From contig JBBRZP010000001.1 in the NCBI GenBank assembly GCA_038236565.1, positions 17,759 to 81,758 of the forward strand: DNA of 64,000 nucleotides. The letters are read 5' to 3'. This stretch comes from Burkholderiales bacterium (GTDB taxonomy: Bacteria > Pseudomonadota > Gammaproteobacteria > Burkholderiales > Burkholderiaceae_C). Both the position numbers and the translations under genes were made by a program. Position 1 is the first letter of the stretch; each line of letters opens with the position of its first letter. Shown in pieces: positions 47,238 to 57,720 of this stretch. The notes under the pieces are model-generated. The model worked only from the letters and a program-made list of their open reading frames with translations. It was not told where the DNA came from and ran no database searches.

Positions 47238-48161
47238 TCAGACCTTCGTCAGCCATTCGGCGTACTTCGGATTGCGGCCGTTGACGATGTCGAAGAACGC
47301 CGTCTGGATCTTCTCGGTGATCGGCCCGCGCGATCCCGCGCCGAGCTCGATCCGGTCGAGTTCGCGGATCGGCGTGACTTCCGCGGCGGTGCCGGTGAAG
47401 AACGCCTCGTCGCTGATGTAGACCTCGTCGCGCGTGATGCGCTTCTCGACCAGCTTCAGACCGAGGTCGTTGCAGATCGCGAGGATGGTGTTCCTCGTGA
47501 TGCCGTCGAGCGCGCCGGCCGAGAGATCGGGCGTGTAGACGACGCCCTTCTTGATCATGAACAGGTTCTCGCCCGCGCCCTCGCTGACGAAGCCGCTCGC
47601 GTCGAGGAGCAGCGCCTCGTCGTAGCCGTCTTCGGTGGCTTCCATGTTGGCGAGGATCGAGTTGGTGTAGTTCGACACCGCCTTGGCCTGCGTCATCGTG
47701 ATGTTGACGTGATGGCGCGTGAAGCTCGAGGTCTTGACGCGGATGCCGCGGCGCATGCCCTCTTCGCCGAGGTACGCACCCCACGGCCAGGCGGCGACCA
47801 TCAGGTGCACGGTGTTGCCCTTGGGCGAGACGCCGAGCTTCTCGGAGCCGATCCAGGTCAGCGGCCGCAGGTAGCACGATTCCAGCTTGTTCTCGCGCAC
47901 GACGGTGCGCTGCGCCTCGAACACCTCCTCGAAGCTGAACGGAATCTTCATGCGCAGGATCTTGGCGCTGTTGAAGAGCCGCTGCGTGTGCTCGTGGAGG
48001 CGGAAGATCGCCGTGCCGTTGACCGTGTTGTAGGCACGCACGCCCTCGAAGGCGCCGCAGCCGTAGTGCAGCGTGTGGGTGAGGACGTGGATCTTGGCGT
48101 CACGCCAGTCGACGAGCGTGCCGTCCATCCAGATCTTGCCGTCGCGGTCGGCCATCGACAT
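47238..48161 (-). CDS. ilvE: Branched-chain amino acid aminotransferase
   Basis: LHYG..FEGVRAY, YLRP, AKAVSNY, EGAGENLF, GITR, FFTGTAAEVTPI. Confidence 0.95.
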   Translation of the reverse strand: MSMADRDGKIWMDGTLVDWRDAKIHVLTHTLHYGCGAFEGVRAYNTVNGTAIFRLHEHTQRLFNSAKILRMKIPFSFEEVFEAQRTVVRENKLESCYLRPLTWIGSEKLGVSPKGNTVHLMVAAWPWGAYLGEEGMRRGIRVKTSSFTRHHVNITMTQAKAVSNYTNSILANMEATEDGYDEALLLDASGFVSEGAGENLFMIKKGVVYTPDLSAGALDGITRNTILAICNDLGLKLVEKRITRDEVYISDEAFFTGTAAEVTPIRELDRIELGAGSRGPITEKIQTAFFDIVNGRNPKYAEWLTKV

Positions 48162-48194
48162 GGCGCTCTCCATCACTTGCTCGGGGCGCTGATT

Positions 48195-48569
48195 CTAGGT
48201 GGGCCGCTCGATCCGCCAGCGAACGAGGCGGCCCTGCTCGAAGTGGAGGACGACATCGCTGCCGCCTTCGTCACGCCAGCGCCAGTCGTCGTCCGTGCCC
48301 TCGACCATCTTGCCGAGGCTCCTGGTCTTCGTGACGACCTGCAGCATCGTCATGCCGGCGGCGAGGCCGGCATGGAACATCACGGCGCTCTCGACGTGTC
48401 CGACCGGCTGATCGGCGGCGCGCTTCATGACGCGCACGACGCGGTTGAAGGTGAGCAGCAGCCAGAACACGATCACGCTGGCGGCGAACCCGAGCCCGCG
48501 CACGCCGTACTGCTGCCACGCAACGAGCGCGAAGACGGCGGCCAGCGCCCAGCCGAGCCAGGGATTCAC
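48195..48569 (-). CDS. Conserved two-TM membrane protein (hypothetical)
   Basis: GTG start overlaps the radA stop; two TM helices, then PVGHV.SAVM...GMT.LQV...TRSLG. Confidence 0.72.
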   Translation of the reverse strand: MNPWLGWALAAVFALVAWQQYGVRGLGFAASVIVFWLLLTFNRVVRVMKRAADQPVGHVESAVMFHAGLAAGMTMLQVVTKTRSLGKMVEGTDDDWRWRDEGGSDVVLHFEQGRLVRWRIERPT

Positions 48570-49945
48570 AGCGTACGGACGAGATCGATCGCTTCCTCGA
48601 TGCGCTCGACGGCGTGGATCGTCAGGCCCTCGAACGCCTTCGCCGCCGCGCCCTTCGGCGCGTTCGTCTTCGGCACGATCGCGATCGAGAAGCCCAGCTT
48701 GGCAGCCTCGCGCAGGCGCTCCTGGCCGCGCGGCGCCGGGCGCACTTCGCCGGCCAGGCCGACTTCGCCGAAGGCGACGAAGCCGCGCGGCAAGGGCTTG
48801 CCGCGCAGGCTCGACTGGATCGCGAGCATGACGGCGAGGTCGGCCGCCGGCTCGCTGATGCGCACGCCGCCGACGGCGTTGACGAACACGTCCTGGTCGA
48901 GGGCGCCGATGCCGGCGTGACGATGGAGCACCGCCAGCATCATCGCCAGGCGATCGCGCTCGAGGCCGACCGAGAGGCGCCGCGGGCTCGGCCCGCCGGA
49001 ATCGACCAGCGCCTGGATCTCGACCAGCATCGGCCGCGTCCCTTCGAGCGTCACCAGCACGCACGAGCCGGCGACCGGCTCGCCGTGCGTCGACAGGAAG
49101 ATCGCACTCGGGTTGCTGACGCCCTTGAGTCCCTTCTCCGTCATCGCGAAGACGCCGATCTCGTTGACCGCGCCGAAGCGGTTCTTGATCGCACGCACGA
49201 GGCGAAAGCTCGAGTGCGTGTCGCCTTCGAAGTACAGCACGGTGTCGACGATGTGCTCCATCACGCGCGGGCCGGCGAGCGCCCCGTCCTTCGTGACGTG
49301 GCCGACCAGGATGATGGTCGTGCCGCTCGCCTTGGCGAATCGGGTCAGCTGCGCCGCGCACTCGCGCACCTGCGCGACCGAGCCCGGCGCCGAGGTCAGC
49401 GCCTCGCTGTAGACGGTCTGGATCGAGTCGATCACCGCGACCGCCGGCCGCTCGGTCTCGAGAGTCGCCCGGATCTTCTCGAGCTGGATCTCGGCCAGCA
49501 CGCGCACCGGGCTCGAACCGAGGCCGAGCCGGCGCGAGCGCAGCGCCACCTGCGCGCCGCTCTCCTCGCCGGTGACGTAGAGCACCTTCATCGTCCGCGC
49601 CAGCGCGTCGAGCGCCTGCAGCAGAAGCGTCGACTTGCCGATGCCCGGATCGCCGCCGATCAGCACCACGCCGCCGGCGACGATGCCGCCGCCGAGCGTG
49701 CGGTCGAACTCCTCGATGCCGGTCGGATGGCGCTCGGCGTCGGTGGCGTCGATCTCGGCCAGCGTCAGCACCGCTTCGCCCGGCACGAGGCCGCGCGACG
49801 ACTGCGCGTAGCGCGGCTTGGCGGCGCTGTCGGCGACCGTCTCGACGAGCGTGTTCCAGGCCTCGCACTGCGGGCACCTTCCGAGCCACTTCGCGCTCGT
49901 GCCGCCGCACTCGGTGCAGACGTAGATCGACTTCTCTCGGGCCAT
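48566..49945 (-). CDS. radA: DNA repair protein RadA/Sms
   Basis: CxxC...CxxC Zn finger, GGDPGIGKST, DSIQT, KNRFG, GEVGLAGEVR. Confidence 0.96.
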   Translation of the reverse strand: MAREKSIYVCTECGGTSAKWLGRCPQCEAWNTLVETVADSAAKPRYAQSSRGLVPGEAVLTLAEIDATDAERHPTGIEEFDRTLGGGIVAGGVVLIGGDPGIGKSTLLLQALDALARTMKVLYVTGEESGAQVALRSRRLGLGSSPVRVLAEIQLEKIRATLETERPAVAVIDSIQTVYSEALTSAPGSVAQVRECAAQLTRFAKASGTTIILVGHVTKDGALAGPRVMEHIVDTVLYFEGDTHSSFRLVRAIKNRFGAVNEIGVFAMTEKGLKGVSNPSAIFLSTHGEPVAGSCVLVTLEGTRPMLVEIQALVDSGGPSPRRLSVGLERDRLAMMLAVLHRHAGIGALDQDVFVNAVGGVRISEPAADLAVMLAIQSSLRGKPLPRGFVAFGEVGLAGEVRPAPRGQERLREAAKLGFSIAIVPKTNAPKGAAAKAFEGLTIHAVERIEEAIDLVRTL

Positions 49946-49998
49946 CGCACGATTGTCCCCCGTGCGATGGCGCGCCGATGCGATGCAGAATCACCGCC

Positions 49999-50625
49999 AT
50001 GTCGTGGTCGCTCTGGCTCGCCTTCTTCGCCGCCTCGTGGGCGATCAGCATCTCGCCCGGGCCGGGCGCCGTCGCGGTCATGAGCGCATCGATGCGCCAC
50101 GGCTTCGCGCGCGGGTCCTGCGCGACCTTCGGGCTCGTGCTCGGGCTCTGGACGCAGCTCCTCGTGGTCGCGGTCGGTCTCGGCGCGGTGATCGCGACCT
50201 CGGCGCTCGCCTTCGCCGCGGTGAAGTGGCTCGGTGTCGCCTACCTCGTCTACCTCGGCATCCGGCAATGGCGCGCACCGCCGCAGGCGATCACGCTCGA
50301 CGCAGACGTCGGGGACCGGACGTCGATCCGGCGCATCGTCGCCGAGGCGTGGCTGCTCAACGCCGTGAACCCCAAGGGCACGGCGTTCATGCTCGCCGTC
50401 GTGCCGCAGTTCCTGACGCCGGGCGAGCCGCTCGTGCCGCAATATCTCGCGATCGGCGCGACGCTCGCCTTCACCGACCTGGTGATCAACGCCGGCTACG
50501 CCGCGTTCGCCGCGCGCCTGCTCGGCGTCCTGCGCACTCCCGCGCGCCTGCGCGTGGTCAACCGCCTCTTCGGCGGATTCTTCATCAGCCTCGGCGGCGT
50601 GCTCGCGACCTTCAGGCGCGCGTGA
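49999..50625 (+). CDS. LysE/RhtB family amino acid exporter
   Basis: SISPGPG, KWLGVAYLVYLG, NPKG. Confidence 0.88.
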   Translation: MSWSLWLAFFAASWAISISPGPGAVAVMSASMRHGFARGSCATFGLVLGLWTQLLVVAVGLGAVIATSALAFAAVKWLGVAYLVYLGIRQWRAPPQAITLDADVGDRTSIRRIVAEAWLLNAVNPKGTAFMLAVVPQFLTPGEPLVPQYLAIGATLAFTDLVINAGYAAFAARLLGVLRTPARLRVVNRLFGGFFISLGGVLATFRRA

Positions 50626-50658
50626 GCTGGACGCCCGTCGCGCGGGCGGCGCCCCGTG

Positions 50659-51054
50659 TCAGTCGATGACCTTTGCCCGTCCCGACTTCACCAGCGAGCG
50701 CACGCTCTTGCCTTCGAGGCGGCGTTCCTTCGACGCACGCGTCGGCCGCGTCGCCTTGCGCGCCTTGGGCACCTCGGCGGCTCCCGCCACGAGCTCGTTG
50801 AGGCGCGTGAGCGCGTCGCGCCGATTCGACTCCTGCGTACGATGGCGCTGCGCCTTGATCACGAGGACGCCTTCATCGCTGAGGCGCCTGTCGGCGCGCG
50901 CGAGCAGCCGCGCCTTGATCGCCTCCGGCAACGACGACGCCGCGACATCGAAGCGCAGGTGGATCGCGCTCGAGACCTTGTTGACGTTCTGCCCGCCCGC
51001 GCCCTGCGCACGCACGGCCGTGATCTCGACCTCCGACTCGTCGACCGTGATCAC
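50659..51054 (-). CDS. arfB: Alternative ribosome rescue peptidyl-tRNA hydrolase ArfB (YaeJ)
   Basis: RAQGAGGQNVNKVSSA, R.Q..NR.DAL, basic tail RKATRPTRASKERRL. Confidence 0.92.
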   Translation of the reverse strand: MITVDESEVEITAVRAQGAGGQNVNKVSSAIHLRFDVAASSLPEAIKARLLARADRRLSDEGVLVIKAQRHRTQESNRRDALTRLNELVAGAAEVPKARKATRPTRASKERRLEGKSVRSLVKSGRAKVID

Positions 51055-52169
51055 GCCACGACCTTGACCGGCACGCGCGGCGCCCTCGCGCACATGAGCT
51101 CGTAGCCGACCGTCCCCGAGGCCGCTGCCACGTCGTCGATCGAGAGCACCACGTCGTTGCTCGCGCGCCCCCACAGGACGACCTCGCTGCCCGTGCCGGC
51201 CCCGGCGACGCCGTCGAGATCGATCGTGATCATGTCCATCGAGATGCGGCCGACCGTGCGCGTGCGCACGCCGTCGACGAGCACCGGCGTGCCGAGCGCG
51301 TTCGTGCCCGGCGCGAGCCGCGAGTAGCCGTCGGCGTAGCCGCAGGCGGCGACGCCGATGCGCATCGGGCGCTCGGCGGTGAAGGCGCTGCCGTAGCCGA
51401 CGCTGTCACCCGCGCGCAGCTGCTGGGTCGCGATCAGGCGCGTGCGCAGCGTCATCGCCGGCGCGAGGCCCCAGTCGGCGGCGCGGTGCGCCGGATGGTC
51501 GGGCGAGGAGCCGTAGAGCAGGATCCCCGGCCGCACCCACGAGGCGCCGGGCGCGGCCAGACGCGCGCCAAGGCGCAGGGTCGCGGCGCTGTTGCAGATC
51601 GAGCGCTCGCCGGGCAGGTCGCGGGTCGCCTCGTCGAACGCGGCGAGCGCGGGCTCGACGCTCGCCGCCTCGCTCGCATCGGCGTTGGCGAGGTGCGTCA
51701 TCAGCGTGATCGTCTCGACCTGCGGCAGCGCATCGAGACGCAGCCAGGCTGCGCGATAGCGCTCGGGCGTGAAGCCGAGCCGGTTCATGCCGCTGTTGAG
51801 CTTGAGGAACACGTGATGCGGGGGGGCGGTCTTCAGTGCCGCGAGCTGGTCGATCTGTCCGGCGCAGTGCACGACGTGCCAGAGCTTCAGGCGCGAGCAG
51901 GCCTCGAGATCGCGCGCGTCGAACGCGCCTTCGAGCAGCAGGATCGGGCCGCGCCAGCCGAGCTCGCGGACGCGCTCGGCCTCGGCGATGTCGAGCAGCG
52001 CGAAGCCGTCGGCACGGCGCAGCGACGCAAAGACATTGGCGATTCCATGACCGTACGCATCGGCCTTGACGACCGCCCAGACCTTGGCACCGGGCGCGGC
52101 GCGCCGCGCGACGTCGAGATTCGCGGCGAGTGCGTCAAGATGGACGAGCGCTTCGATCGGCCGCGGCAT
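51051..52169 (-). CDS. alr: Alanine racemase
   Basis: AVVKADAYGHG (PLP Lys), GMNRLG, GYADGY, GRISMD, GYELMC. Confidence 0.94.
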   Translation of the reverse strand: MPRPIEALVHLDALAANLDVARRAAPGAKVWAVVKADAYGHGIANVFASLRRADGFALLDIAEAERVRELGWRGPILLLEGAFDARDLEACSRLKLWHVVHCAGQIDQLAALKTAPPHHVFLKLNSGMNRLGFTPERYRAAWLRLDALPQVETITLMTHLANADASEAASVEPALAAFDEATRDLPGERSICNSAATLRLGARLAAPGASWVRPGILLYGSSPDHPAHRAADWGLAPAMTLRTRLIATQQLRAGDSVGYGSAFTAERPMRIGVAACGYADGYSRLAPGTNALGTPVLVDGVRTRTVGRISMDMITIDLDGVAGAGTGSEVVLWGRASNDVVLSIDDVAAASGTVGYELMCARAPRVPVKVVA

Positions 52170-52294
52170 GCGCGAATTCTGCCAGCCACATCGCCGCTCG
52201 TCGCCTCGCGGCAAAGGTCAAAAACCGCGTGCTATAAACCCCGCCGCAGGGAGACAAGTCGGGCAAGAGTTCCGACTCGCGCGCCGGGAAGCGA

Positions 52295-53572
52295 ATGAAA
52301 AAAGGCTTCTACACCATCATGTCGGCGCAGTTCTTCAGCTCGCTGGCGGACAACGCTTTGCTGGTCGCCGCGATCGAATTGCTTCGAACGAGCGGTGCGC
52401 CGTCGTGGCACGTTCCGGCGCTGACGCCGATGTTCGCACTCTTCTACGTCATCCTCGCCCCGCTCGTGGGCGCCTTCGCCGATGCCGTGCCGAAGGGCAA
52501 GGTGATGCTGGTCTCGAACACGATCAAGGTCGTCGGCTGCCTGCTGATGCTGTTCGGCACCAATCCGCTGCTGGCCTACGGCATCGTCGGCCTCGGCGCC
52601 GCGGCGTACTCGCCGGCCAAGTACGGCATCCTCACCGAACTGCTGCCGAACTCGCAGCTCGTCAAAGCCAACGGCTGGATCGAAGGCCTGACGATCCTGT
52701 CGATCATCTTCGGCGTGCTCCTCGGCGGACAGCTGCTCGGCAACGTCGTCTCGCAACACCTGCTCGCCTTCGACATTCCGGTCTTCGACACCGGCATCTC
52801 CACGGCGCCCGAAGCTGCGATCGCGGTGATCGTCGTGCTCTACGTCATCGCCGCGCTCTTCAACCTGCGCATCCCGCGCACCGACGCGCCGCTGCAGCCG
52901 ATCTCGCACAGCGTCGCCGCGCTGGTGCGCGACTTCTCGAACTGCAACGCGCGCCTGTGGAATGACAAGCTCGGCCAGATCTCGCTGGCGACGACGACGC
53001 TGTTCTGGGGCGTCTCCGGCAACCTGCGCGTGATCGTCTTCGCCTGGGCCGCGGCAGCGCTCGGCTACAACACGACGCAGGCCTCGTCGCTGGTCGGCGT
53101 CGTCGCGATCGGCACGGCAGCCGGCGCGATCGTCGCCTCGATGCGCATGCGGCTCGACCAGGCGACCAAGGTGATCCCGTTCGGCATCGCGATGGGCGTG
53201 CTCGTGGTCGGCCTCAACGTCATCACCAACGTCTGGCTGGCGGCGCCGTTCCTGATCCTGCTCGGCGCGATCGGCGGCTACCTGGTCGTGCCGATGAACG
53301 CGCTGCTGCAGCACCGCGGCGCCAACCTGATGGGCGCGGGCCGCTCGATCGCGGTCCAGAACTTCAACGAGCAGGCGTGCATCCTCGGCCTCGGCGCGTT
53401 CTATACCGGCATGACGCGCTTCGGCCTGTCGGCGTTCTCGTCGATCGCCGCCTTCGGCGTTCTCGTCGCGGCGACGATGTGGGTGATCCGACGCTGGCAC
53501 CAGCGCAACTGCGTGGTCCATCGCGGCGAGGTCGAGCACCTGCTGGCGATCGCCCGGCGCGACAAGCATTGA
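52295..53572 (+). CDS. lplT: Lysophospholipid transporter LplT
   Basis: AQFFSSLADNAL, YSPAKYGILTE, KANGWIEG, VPMNALLQHRG, AVQNFNE. Confidence 0.92.
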   Translation: MKKGFYTIMSAQFFSSLADNALLVAAIELLRTSGAPSWHVPALTPMFALFYVILAPLVGAFADAVPKGKVMLVSNTIKVVGCLLMLFGTNPLLAYGIVGLGAAAYSPAKYGILTELLPNSQLVKANGWIEGLTILSIIFGVLLGGQLLGNVVSQHLLAFDIPVFDTGISTAPEAAIAVIVVLYVIAALFNLRIPRTDAPLQPISHSVAALVRDFSNCNARLWNDKLGQISLATTTLFWGVSGNLRVIVFAWAAAALGYNTTQASSLVGVVAIGTAAGAIVASMRMRLDQATKVIPFGIAMGVLVVGLNVITNVWLAAPFLILLGAIGGYLVVPMNALLQHRGANLMGAGRSIAVQNFNEQACILGLGAFYTGMTRFGLSAFSSIAAFGVLVAATMWVIRRWHQRNCVVHRGEVEHLLAIARRDKH

Positions 53573-54501
53573 CCTCGGCCGCGACCGCGCGCGCGACGCG
53601 GCTGGCGTCGCTGGCGCTCGTCGCCAACGCCTTCGTCTGGGGAACGTCGTGGTGGCCGCTGCGCCATCTGCAGGCCCAGGGCTTGCACCCGCTCTGGACC
53701 ACGGCCATCGTCTTCACGCTCGCCTCGCTGGCGATCGTCGCGGTGCGCCCGCGCGCCGTGCGGCAGCTCGTGCGCACGCCGGCGCTCTGGCTCCTGCTCG
53801 TCGCCGCCGGCATCACCAACGCGACCTTCAACTGGGCGATCGTCGTCGGCGACGTCGTCCGCGTCGTGCTGCTCTTCTATCTGATGCCGCTCTGGACCGT
53901 CGTCTTCGCGCGCCTCGTGCTCGGTGAGCGGCTCGATCGCGCGGCGGCCCTCAGGATCGCCCTCGGTGCGGCCGGCGCGGCGATCGTCCTGTGGCCGTCC
54001 GCGGCAGATGCGGCGGCTGGCGGCTGGACCGGGATCCTGCCGTTGCCGGTGACGCTCGCGGACTGGCTCGGTGTGATCGGCGGCGCCTCGTTCGCGTTCA
54101 ACAACGTGATGCTGCGGCGCGAAGCCGCGCGTCCGGAAGAGGCCCGGGCGCTGGCCATGTTCTTCGGTGGCGCGGTCGTCGCCGGCGGCTTGGCGGCGAT
54201 CCTCACCAGCGGTGGCGCGATCGCGCCGGTGCCCGCGCTCGCCGGGCCCTGGCTCGCCTGGACCGGAGCGCTCACCATCGCCTTCGTCGCCAGCAACCTC
54301 GCCCTGCAGTACGGCGCGGCACGTCTGCCGGCGCACCGCACGTCCGTCGTGATGCTGACGGAGGTGGTGTTCGCGTCGGCGTCGGCGCTCGCGTTCGGCG
54401 CCGGCACGATGAGCGGCCGGCTGGCGCTGGGCGGAAGCTTCATCGTTGCCGGTGCGCTGCTCGCAGCGCTCGCGCCCGACCCGCCGACAGCAGCGCCGTA
54501 G
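53569..54501 (+). CDS. DMT/EamA family transporter
   Basis: WGTSWWP, LLFYLMPLWT...LGE, QYGAARL...VML.E; about 10 TM segments. Confidence 0.85.
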   Translation: MTSAATARATRLASLALVANAFVWGTSWWPLRHLQAQGLHPLWTTAIVFTLASLAIVAVRPRAVRQLVRTPALWLLLVAAGITNATFNWAIVVGDVVRVVLLFYLMPLWTVVFARLVLGERLDRAAALRIALGAAGAAIVLWPSAADAAAGGWTGILPLPVTLADWLGVIGGASFAFNNVMLRREAARPEEARALAMFFGGAVVAGGLAAILTSGGAIAPVPALAGPWLAWTGALTIAFVASNLALQYGAARLPAHRTSVVMLTEVVFASASALAFGAGTMSGRLALGGSFIVAGALLAALAPDPPTAAP

Positions 54502-54547
54502 AGCGCGGCGCTACCATCGGCGCGAACGACCTTCCACCGAGGACCCC

Positions 54548-55045
54548 ATGGCCACTGCCGCACGCCACATCTACGACTTCGACGCCGTCTCGATCGCGGG
54601 CGCGCCGGCGCACTTCGCGACCCAGAAGGGCAAGGTCCTGCTGATCGTCAACACTGCGAGCAAGTGCGGCTTCACGCCGCAGTTCGCCGGCCTCGAGGAG
54701 CTCTGGCGCACGTACCGCGACCAGGGCCTCGTCGTGATCGGCTTTCCGAGCAACCAGTTCGGAGCGCAGGACCCGGGCGCGAACGACGAGATCGCGACCT
54801 TCTGCCAGGCCAACTACGGCGTCTCGTTTCCGATGATGGGCAAGGTCGATGTCAACGGCGACAAGGCGGATCCGCTCTGGAAGTGGCTCACCGCCGAAGC
54901 GCCCGGCATCCTCGGCACGCACTCGATCAAGTGGAACTTCACCAAGTTCCTGGTCGGCCGCGACGGCAAGGTGCTGAAGCGCTTCGCGCCGAACGATTCG
55001 CCGCAATCGCTGAAAGGCGACATCGAAGCGGCGCTTTCGGCCTGA
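54548..55045 (+). CDS. Glutathione peroxidase
   Basis: VNTASKCGFTPQ, GFPSNQFG.Q, IKWNFTKFL. Confidence 0.93.
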   Translation: MATAARHIYDFDAVSIAGAPAHFATQKGKVLLIVNTASKCGFTPQFAGLEELWRTYRDQGLVVIGFPSNQFGAQDPGANDEIATFCQANYGVSFPMMGKVDVNGDKADPLWKWLTAEAPGILGTHSIKWNFTKFLVGRDGKVLKRFAPNDSPQSLKGDIEAALSA

Positions 55046-55047
55046 CC

Positions 55048-56262
55048 ATGTTCGAGCACGTCGAGCCCTTCGCGGGCGATCCGATCATGAGCCTCAACGA
55101 GGACTTCCAGAAGGATCCGCGGCCGCACAAGATCAATCTGTCGATCGGCATCTACTTCGACGACGCCGGCCGCATCCCGGTGCTCGACTCGGTGCGCCGC
55201 GCCGAGCAGCAGGTCGTCGCACGCGGCGCCGCCAAGCCGTATCTGCCGATCGAGGGCGCCGCCAATTTCCGCGCCGCGGCGCAGGCGCTGCTCTTCGGCG
55301 CCGACCACGAAGCGATCGCCGCGGGGCGGGTCGCGACGATCCAGTCGGTCGGCTCGAGCGGCGGCCTCAAGGTCGGAGCCGACTTCATCGCCCGCTGGCT
55401 GCCGGGCAGCGCGGTCTGGGTGAGCGACCCGAGCTGGGAGAACCATCGCTCGATGTTCGAAGGCGCCGGGCTCGCGGTCCACAGCTATCCGTACTACGAC
55501 CCGCGCACCGGCGGGCTGGCGTTCGAGGCGATGTGCGCGGCGCTGCGCGCGCTGCCGCCAAGGAGCGTCGTGCTCCTGCACGCGTGCTGCCACAACCCGA
55601 CCGGCGTCGACCTGACGCCGGCCCAGTGGGACACGCTCGCGCCGATCCTCGCCGAGCGCGACCTGCTGCCGTATCTCGATCTGGCCTACCAGGGCTTCGG
55701 CGACGGCATCGTCGAGGACGCGTACGCACTGCGCACGCTCGCCGCGGCGCGCGGCCGCGACGGCAAGCCGCTCGCCTTCTTCGTGGCCAACTCGTTCTCG
55801 AAGAGCATGAGCCTGTACGGCGAGCGGTGCGGCGCGCTCAGCGCCGTCTGCGCCGACGCGACCGAAGCGGTCAACGTGCTCGGCCAGCTCAAGTTCGCGA
55901 TCCGGCGCAACTACTCGAGCCCGCCGATCCACGGCGGCCAGATCGTCGCCGCCGTGCTCGCCGAGCCGGAGCTGCGCAGCGCCTGGGAGGCCGAGCTCGG
56001 CGCGATGCGCGAGCGGATCCAGGCGATGCGGCGCGCCTTGCACGGCGTGATCTCGAGCAAGGTGCCGGGCCGCGACTTCTCCTACTTCCTGACGCAGCGC
56101 GGCATGTTCAGCTACACAGGCCTGTCGCCGCAGCAGGTCGATCGGCTGCGCGAGGAGTTCGCCGTCTACCTGGTGCGTTCCGGACGGATGTGCGTGGCCG
56201 GCCTCAACCGCGGCAACGTCGAGGCGACCGCCGTCGCGATGGCCGCCGTGCTCGCAGGCTAG
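55048..56262 (+). CDS. tyrB: Aromatic amino acid/aspartate aminotransferase
   Basis: GDPI, NLSIGIY, LLHACCHNPTG, DLAYQGFG, SFSKSMSLYGER, GMFSY. Confidence 0.88.
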   Translation: MFEHVEPFAGDPIMSLNEDFQKDPRPHKINLSIGIYFDDAGRIPVLDSVRRAEQQVVARGAAKPYLPIEGAANFRAAAQALLFGADHEAIAAGRVATIQSVGSSGGLKVGADFIARWLPGSAVWVSDPSWENHRSMFEGAGLAVHSYPYYDPRTGGLAFEAMCAALRALPPRSVVLLHACCHNPTGVDLTPAQWDTLAPILAERDLLPYLDLAYQGFGDGIVEDAYALRTLAAARGRDGKPLAFFVANSFSKSMSLYGERCGALSAVCADATEAVNVLGQLKFAIRRNYSSPPIHGGQIVAAVLAEPELRSAWEAELGAMRERIQAMRRALHGVISSKVPGRDFSYFLTQRGMFSYTGLSPQQVDRLREEFAVYLVRSGRMCVAGLNRGNVEATAVAMAAVLAG

Positions 56263-56285
56263 TTCGCGAGACCGGGCGCGCGCGA

Positions 56286-57599
56286 TCAGCGTGCCGCGCT
56301 CGGCGCGAAGCGACGCTGCGCGAAGATCGCCAGCCCCGTGGCGACGCTGGCGAAGCGGTCGCCGCGCACGACCAGCGCCTCGGCGAACGCATCGCTCAGT
56401 CGCTCGCTCAGGATATCGAGCCCGGTCGATCCGCCGGTGAGATAGAGCGCGTCGATGTCGTCGGCGACCAGGCCGGCGTCGGCGACCGTGACGCGCGCCG
56501 CGGCGACGATCCGGTCGAGGTCTCCGTCGAGGGCGCGCAGCGCCCGGGCCTCGTCGAGGCCGGCGGCCAGGCCGCGCTCGATGTGATCGAGCGCGATCGT
56601 CGCCTGCCCGCCCGACGCGATGGCGATCTTCGCTGCTTCGGCGCGCGCGACCAGGTCGTGCCCGTAGTGGTCGGTCACGACCGTCATCAGCCGCCGGTGG
56701 TGCGCAGGATCGGCGTAGAACGAGCGCATGCCGCGCAGCTCGACCACGCGCTGCGGGTTGTAGACGGTGTTGATCAGGTGCCAGGTCGCGAGGTCGAAGT
56801 ACACCGCGCTCGGCACCTCGCGCGCCGGCGCGCCGTCGACCTGCGGGCCGAGCGCGTTGTAGCCGAAGAGCGGCAGCACGTTCTGCAGCTCGATGCGGCG
56901 ATCGAAGTCCGTGCCGGCGATGTGCACGCCGTGGCTGGCGAGGATGTCGTCCTTGCGATCGACGCGCGCGCGCCGGTCGGGTCCGACGCGCACGACCGAG
57001 AAGTCGGAGGTGCCGCCGCCGATGTCGGCAACCAGGACCGACTGCTCGACATCGGTCGTCTGCTCGTAGTCGAAGGCGGCGGCGATCGGCTCGTACTGGA
57101 ACACGACCTCGCGAAAGCCGGCGCTCGCCGCGGCGCGGCGCAGCGCCGACTCGGCCTGCGCGTCGCGCGCCGAATCGCCGTCGACGAAGAAGACCGGGCG
57201 GCCGATCACGGCGCGCTCGATCGTCGCGCCGGCGGTCGCCTCGGCGCGGACGCGCAGGTGGCGCAGGTAGGTCGCAACGACCTCGAGATAGGGCACGCCG
57301 CGGCCGCCGCCGACGTCGGTCGTCTGCTCGACGAGCGAGCTGCCGAGGATGCTCTTCATCGATCGCATCAGGCGGCCGTCGAGGCCGTCGACGTAGGCCG
57401 CGACGGCGGCGCGGCCGAACTCGCACGGTGGCGCGGCGTGGCCGGAGCGGCGGTCGCCCTCGCCCGGGTAGAACACGGCCGTCGGCATGGTGGAGAAGCC
57501 CGGCTCGAGCTCGACCAGCCGCATCCGCTCGCCGTCGGGGACGGCGATCGCGGAGTTGGAGGTCCCGAAGTCGATGGCGCAGTAGGTCGCGTCGGTCAT
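56286..57599 (-). CDS. Hsp70-family protein (YegD-like)
   Basis: IDFGTSNS, RLMRSMKSILG, GRPVFF, EPIAAA, DIGGGTSDFS, GTDFD, LTGGS. Confidence 0.88.
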   Translation of the reverse strand: MTDATYCAIDFGTSNSAIAVPDGERMRLVELEPGFSTMPTAVFYPGEGDRRSGHAAPPCEFGRAAVAAYVDGLDGRLMRSMKSILGSSLVEQTTDVGGGRGVPYLEVVATYLRHLRVRAEATAGATIERAVIGRPVFFVDGDSARDAQAESALRRAAASAGFREVVFQYEPIAAAFDYEQTTDVEQSVLVADIGGGTSDFSVVRVGPDRRARVDRKDDILASHGVHIAGTDFDRRIELQNVLPLFGYNALGPQVDGAPAREVPSAVYFDLATWHLINTVYNPQRVVELRGMRSFYADPAHHRRLMTVVTDHYGHDLVARAEAAKIAIASGGQATIALDHIERGLAAGLDEARALRALDGDLDRIVAAARVTVADAGLVADDIDALYLTGGSTGLDILSERLSDAFAEALVVRGDRFASVATGLAIFAQRRFAPSAAR

Positions 57600-57720
57600 G
57601 CAGGCGAGGCGGCTGGAGGGCGGCGGAGCGAGGGGGCGCGATTTTAGGGGCCGCGTCGAGCGCGTGCGGGTCGGCGCTATCCTCCCAAATCGCTCAGCCA
57701 CCGCTTTCTGGAGACTCCGC

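Noticed and set aside
54548-55045. Selenocysteine glutathione peroxidase
   Set aside because: Active-site residue is Cys (TGC); no in-frame TGA
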